From positions 1-50,077 of the forward strand of contig DAHVRZ010000005.1 of assembly GCA_027324805.1 (NCBI GenBank): a stretch of DNA of 50,077 nt, in the 5' to 3' direction. A program made the translations under genes and the position numbers. The DNA comes from Candidatus Parcubacteria bacterium (GTDB taxonomy: Bacteria > Patescibacteriota > Minisyncoccia > UBA6257 > 2-01-FULL-56-20). Below, piece after piece: positions 46,672-50,077 of this stretch. Positions within the stretch are counted from its first letter, which is position 1, and the number at the start of each line of letters is the position of its first letter. The notes beneath the pieces were generated by a model. The model was not told the origin of the DNA and did no database searches. It saw only the letters and a list, made by a program, of their open reading frames with translations.

Positions 46672-47994
46672 CTAGGGGGCCTGGCCCCTGGATGTGGACA
46701 CGAGCGCGGCTTGCTGCTGCTGCTGCTGTTCGCCGCGTTCAAGGTCCAGGTTGGCGTTCACGGCCGCATCTTTCGCGGCGTCTTCGTTTGCGGCTACGAC
46801 TTTCTGGTGATGATCGCGCGCAAGGCGGATCAGGGATGTTACCGCGAATGCGCTTGCGCCCCCGATGGGCCCAAGTGCGAAGTAGGCGATGGTTCCGGCT
46901 CCTGCATCCTGCCCGGTCCCAAAAAGGAATTGGGTGAACCGGTGCGACGAAGCCGGGAAGTGCTTGTACACCGGCGTTGCGTGCCGGCGAACATACTCAC
47001 CGGCGACGGGACCGCTTAGTCCTGCGACGGCGAGGTTGAACTCCTGTGAGGGAAGTGGTTTGAGCGGTACATAGAGGACGAACTGTCCTTTTTGAACCTT
47101 CACTTCCGAATTTCCGATTCGGCGCTGGCTTGTGGCGACCCTTTCTTCTGGTTGGAAGAAATAGACGCGTGTTTCCAGTTGCCGATCGATCACCGAGGCC
47201 GTCATTCCCGGAGGAAGTACGACCGCATAGCCTTTCGGCGTACGGTGATCACGGACGGCTGCCTTTCCGGCTGCGGCATGCTGCGGCGCTGCAACGAGAG
47301 TGTTCGTGTCCGATATTGTGGCGTATTCCGCTTTCATCGCAGGCAGGTTGGCCATGGATGTGAGTGGCGGGTCATCAATTTCGGACGTGATCGGCGGCGC
47401 TGCGACAGCGAGCGTCACCGCTGCTGCGGCGGCGGACTGTTTCAGTGCGGTCAGACGGTCCGACATTGGCTGCGTTACCTTGTTTGGTTCGGCGGCCTTC
47501 GAGGGATCTTCTTTCTGCGGAACGGTCTTTGGTGCAGTGTCGCGGGTGGCTGTTGCTGTGCAGGGAACGCACGGAACTTTGCCGCGGGAGTACGGTGGAA
47601 TGTAGATCCACCATCCCGCCTGAACTGTCCGCAGATCCTGCGGAAGGCCCGGGTTGGCGTGCACAATCGGGAACCAGTCTGCGCGCTTGTAGGCGCGAAG
47701 GGCAAGCTCCGAAAGTATGTCGCCCTGCTGAAGCTGATACCAGCCCGGTTCGAATTGGATCGGCGCTTGCTTGTTCGTCTGCGATTTGTTGCTCGCGGGC
47801 GAAGCGTTTCCCGTCTTCACTCCTGCCGTTTTTGCGGCGGGTTTGTTTGGGTGATGATGGGAGGTTGCCCATTTCCAAGGAAAGAATCCGCCAAGCGTTA
47901 CAGCCGCTACGATCAGGGCTGTCGCGATCGGACGAACTGCCTTCCGGAAACTGAGTTCGGAATTCCAGTGATTTTGCAAATGCTCGAATGGCAT
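46672..47994 (-). CDS. Membrane-anchored LysM domain protein
   Basis: N-terminal TM; LysM-like YQLQQGDILSELALRAY....W..I..ANP.L......AG..IYIP; SD AAGGAG upstream. Confidence 0.8.
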   Translation of the reverse strand: MPFEHLQNHWNSELSFRKAVRPIATALIVAAVTLGGFFPWKWATSHHHPNKPAAKTAGVKTGNASPASNKSQTNKQAPIQFEPGWYQLQQGDILSELALRAYKRADWFPIVHANPGLPQDLRTVQAGWWIYIPPYSRGKVPCVPCTATATRDTAPKTVPQKEDPSKAAEPNKVTQPMSDRLTALKQSAAAAAVTLAVAAPPITSEIDDPPLTSMANLPAMKAEYATISDTNTLVAAPQHAAAGKAAVRDHRTPKGYAVVLPPGMTASVIDRQLETRVYFFQPEERVATSQRRIGNSEVKVQKGQFVLYVPLKPLPSQEFNLAVAGLSGPVAGEYVRRHATPVYKHFPASSHRFTQFLFGTGQDAGAGTIAYFALGPIGGASAFAVTSLIRLARDHHQKVVAANEDAAKDAAVNANLDLERGEQQQQQQAALVSTSRGQAP

Positions 47995-48440
47995 TGGCTT
48001 ACTCCTTTCTCCCGGGAGAGCGCCCGGGCAAGTCGTGCGGTTGCGGTTGACCTGCGCCTTGCGGTGCAGGAGAGCTGCGTTGCCGCTGTCATCGGTTCCT
48101 CAAAGCCATCATTATTCCCATCCGATAGGCCGTTCCCATACGTCGGGCAACGGGATCTCGCATGCAGGAATTTCGAATAGCGTCACTCCGTCACTGCGTG
48201 GCCGTGCTGTTCCGTCCCCATGTATCGGGCAACGGTAAGCGGCGGTCTAACGCAATGACGGACGCGAGTCTCCGATACTAGTATCAACGAGCACAATCGT
48301 TCGGAAAGGCATCCTTGGCGGAGACAGAGAGCCGCATCGATCATCCTTCAGAAGGCGACCATAGCGGTTCCTCGTCCTTTATTCCATACCGGTATGAAAT
48401 TGCCAAGGAACCCTCCCAAGTTCATGCGCTCGGGAGGTCT
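47995..48440 (-). ncRNA. Unassigned ~440-nt structured RNA / long 5' leader
   Basis: Multiple helices, most with G-U wobbles on the minus strand; two copies of a 24-nt bulged hairpin; upstream TTTACA-17-TAATAA promoter-like motif. Confidence 0.5.
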
Positions 48441-48509
48441 TATTATTAGCATATTTTTGATATTTTGTAAAGGTATGATCAAGATACCGTCTTCCTTTAT
48501 GAATATACG

Positions 48510-48535
48510 AAAAACCCCGCGATGGCGGGGTTTTT
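48510..48535 (-). terminator. rpmE terminator
   Basis: aaaaaccccgc-gatg-gcggggttttt. Confidence 0.88.
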
Positions 48536-48552
48536 GAAAAGGGACCAATCGA

Positions 48553-48801
48553 TTATTTCGCTTGTTTTTTGGCGCGCACTTTTTTGGGTTTTGTGGGAAC
48601 CGCAGCTGCGCGGCGCGTCTTGAACTTTTCGACGCGGCCCGCCGTGTCGATGAGCTTCTCTTCGCCGGTATAGAACGGGTGGCACTGTGCACAGATTTCG
48701 ACGTGGATCTCCGGTTCGGTTGCGCCAACAACGAACGAATTGCCACACGAACAGGTCACTTTTGCCTGGGAATAGTATGCGGGATGGATTTCCTTTTTCA
48801 T
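48553..48801 (-). CDS. rpmE: 50S ribosomal protein L31 (Zn-binding type)
   Basis: MKKEIHPAY...CSCG...EICAQCHPFYTG...DTAGRVEKF; promoter TTGACG-17-TAGAAT upstream. Confidence 0.97.
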   Translation of the reverse strand: MKKEIHPAYYSQAKVTCSCGNSFVVGATEPEIHVEICAQCHPFYTGEEKLIDTAGRVEKFKTRRAAAVPTKPKKVRAKKQAK

Positions 48802-48933
48802 AACGTTGTCTATTCTATAGTGTCGCCACGTTTTCGTCAAATATCGAATATCCGATCTGCTGCTCGGTTTCTATAAAAAGTCATGAGGCCGCCAAGCATT
48901 GTGCTGGGCGGCCTCGATTGGGGATGGGGGGAT

Positions 48934-49176
48934 TCACCGTCCCTTGATCTTCGTTGTTATTATCGTTGGTCCGATATACCTTGATTTTCTTTCTCCTCGT
49001 CTGAAGATGAGAAATCCGACAAAGATAACAATGAAACCGACCCCCACCTGTTCCATTATCCTGTGGAAGGGGACCACTTCCACCATGCTAACCGTCGTCT
49101 GGTAATCGCTGGTGCCGGCGGCACCTAGGATCGCCAGAATCCCGATACCCATGAGAATACCACCAAGGGTTTTCAT
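48934..49176 (-). CDS. Small hypothetical membrane protein (2 TM)
   Basis: Two hydrophobic helices; SD CAGGAGG; own promoter upstream; downstream hairpin gaggccgcc...ggcggcctc. Confidence 0.65.
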   Translation of the reverse strand: MKTLGGILMGIGILAILGAAGTSDYQTTVSMVEVVPFHRIMEQVGVGFIVIFVGFLIFRRGERKSRYIGPTIITTKIKGR

Positions 49177-49230
49177 TGCTCAGCCTCCTGTGCTGAAAGT
49201 ATGAAAACCGTTGGCCGGTTTTCTGAAATA

Positions 49231-49259
49231 ATACTAACATATATAAAATAGTTTGTCAA
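49231..49259 (-). promoter_or_regulatory. Sigma70 promoter of the small membrane protein gene
   Basis: TTGACA, 17-bp spacer ending in TG-n, TAGTAT on the minus strand. Confidence 0.7.
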
Positions 49260-49309
49260 ATATGCGGAACAGGCCTTTGGGGGAGGTTTCTGTAGGCTTT
49301 CGTATAGGG

Positions 49310-49383
49310 TTGACATGCATCCTCTTTCTGCTACACTACTACTCGTTGTGCGGCCCCGCGGCCGCGCATGCACTTTGATAATT
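49310..49383 (+). promoter_or_regulatory. rRNA promoter and boxA-like antitermination element
   Basis: TTGACA-16-TACACT (49310-49337); TGCACTTTGATAA near 49369. Confidence 0.75.
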
Positions 49384-49520
49384 CGTCTGGTAAAAATCAA
49401 CTAAAAGTTTAGAGAGCTTTTTAGTTGTCCCAATCTATATTCTTTTGGTGACGTTTGGAATTCACAAAATGTCACAACCAATAGATCTGTGATGGTTCCG
49501 CAAGGAATCGGAATAGATTT

Positions 49521-50077
49521 TTTTCAGAGGATTTGATCCTGGTCCAGGATGAACGCTGGCGGTGTGGATAAGGCATGCAAGTCGAGCGCTTCATATTTTG
49601 AAACTGTTTGCGATTACATCAAGAGCGGCGGATGTTTATGAGGAGCGGCGAACGAGTTAGTAACACCCTGGTACGTACCTCGAAGACGGGCACAGCTCGC
49701 CGAAAGGCGGGGTAATTCCCGATATTCCCGAAAGGGCAAAGTCGCAAGACGCTTCGAGATCGGCCTAGGTCCGATCAGCTAGTTGGTAGGGTAACGGCCT
49801 ACCAAGGCTATGACCGGTAGGGGAGGTGAGAGCCTGGCCCCCAACGACGAGACTGAGACACGGCTCGTACTCCTACGGGAGGCAGCAGTCGAGAATATTC
49901 GACAATGGGCGAAAGCCTGATCGAGCGACACCGCGTGCAGGATGAAGGCCTTCGGGTTGTAAACTGCGGTAGTATGGGAGGAATGTAAATGACTGTACCA
50001 TACGGAAAGAGGTGGGTAACTACGTGCCAGCACCAGCGGTAATACGTAGACCTCAAGCGTTATCCGGATTTATTGGG
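49521..50077 (+). rRNA. rrs: 16S rRNA, 5' part (runs off the window end)
   Basis: TTTGATCCTGG, GAACGCTGGCGG, CATGCAAGTCG, ACTCCTACGGGAGGCAGCAG, GTGCCAGC...GCGGTAATAC, TCCGGATTTATTGGG. Confidence 0.99.

Noticed and set aside
45710-48552. Prophage or IS interpretation of the island
   Set aside because: No integrase, transposase, phage structural gene, terminal inverted repeats or target duplication seen.
1-50077. CRISPR arrays, tRNA genes, self-splicing introns, transposases
   Set aside because: None seen by eye. The visible part of the 16S gene has no obvious intron-sized insertion.

Overview
About 50 kb of a compact bacterial chromosome, most consistent with Patescibacteria (CPR, Parcubacteria-like). 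This is inferred from the divergent 16S primer sites, a stand-alone VirD4-like ATPase, large Ser/Thr-rich surface proteins and shortened translation enzymes. The window opens inside a tandem-repeat surface protein gene. Next come an ArsR + DUF302-glutaredoxin pair with a palindromic operator and two giant modular surface proteins. A housekeeping run follows: 6S-like RNA, rpsP, khpA, efp, mnmA, proS, mreBCD-pbp2, galT, rplU, pgk, rnhA, rnpB, mgtA, mgtC, aspS, ndk, prfA, rpmE. The window ends in the 5' third of a 16S rRNA gene. The most unusual items are: (1) an unexplained, heavily structured ~440-nt RNA with a duplicated bulged hairpin, leading a two-gene LysM/secreted-protein island between rpmE and prfA; (2) a ~122-nt miniature 6S RNA; (3) an RF1 lacking domain 1; (4) an ATG-less LamG fragment in the +1 frame behind a promoter-like motif; (5) pervasive leaderless-type promoter architecture in core genes, contrasting with Shine-Dalgarno-led accessory genes. 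All calls come from reading the sequence by eye; no searches or folding programs were run.
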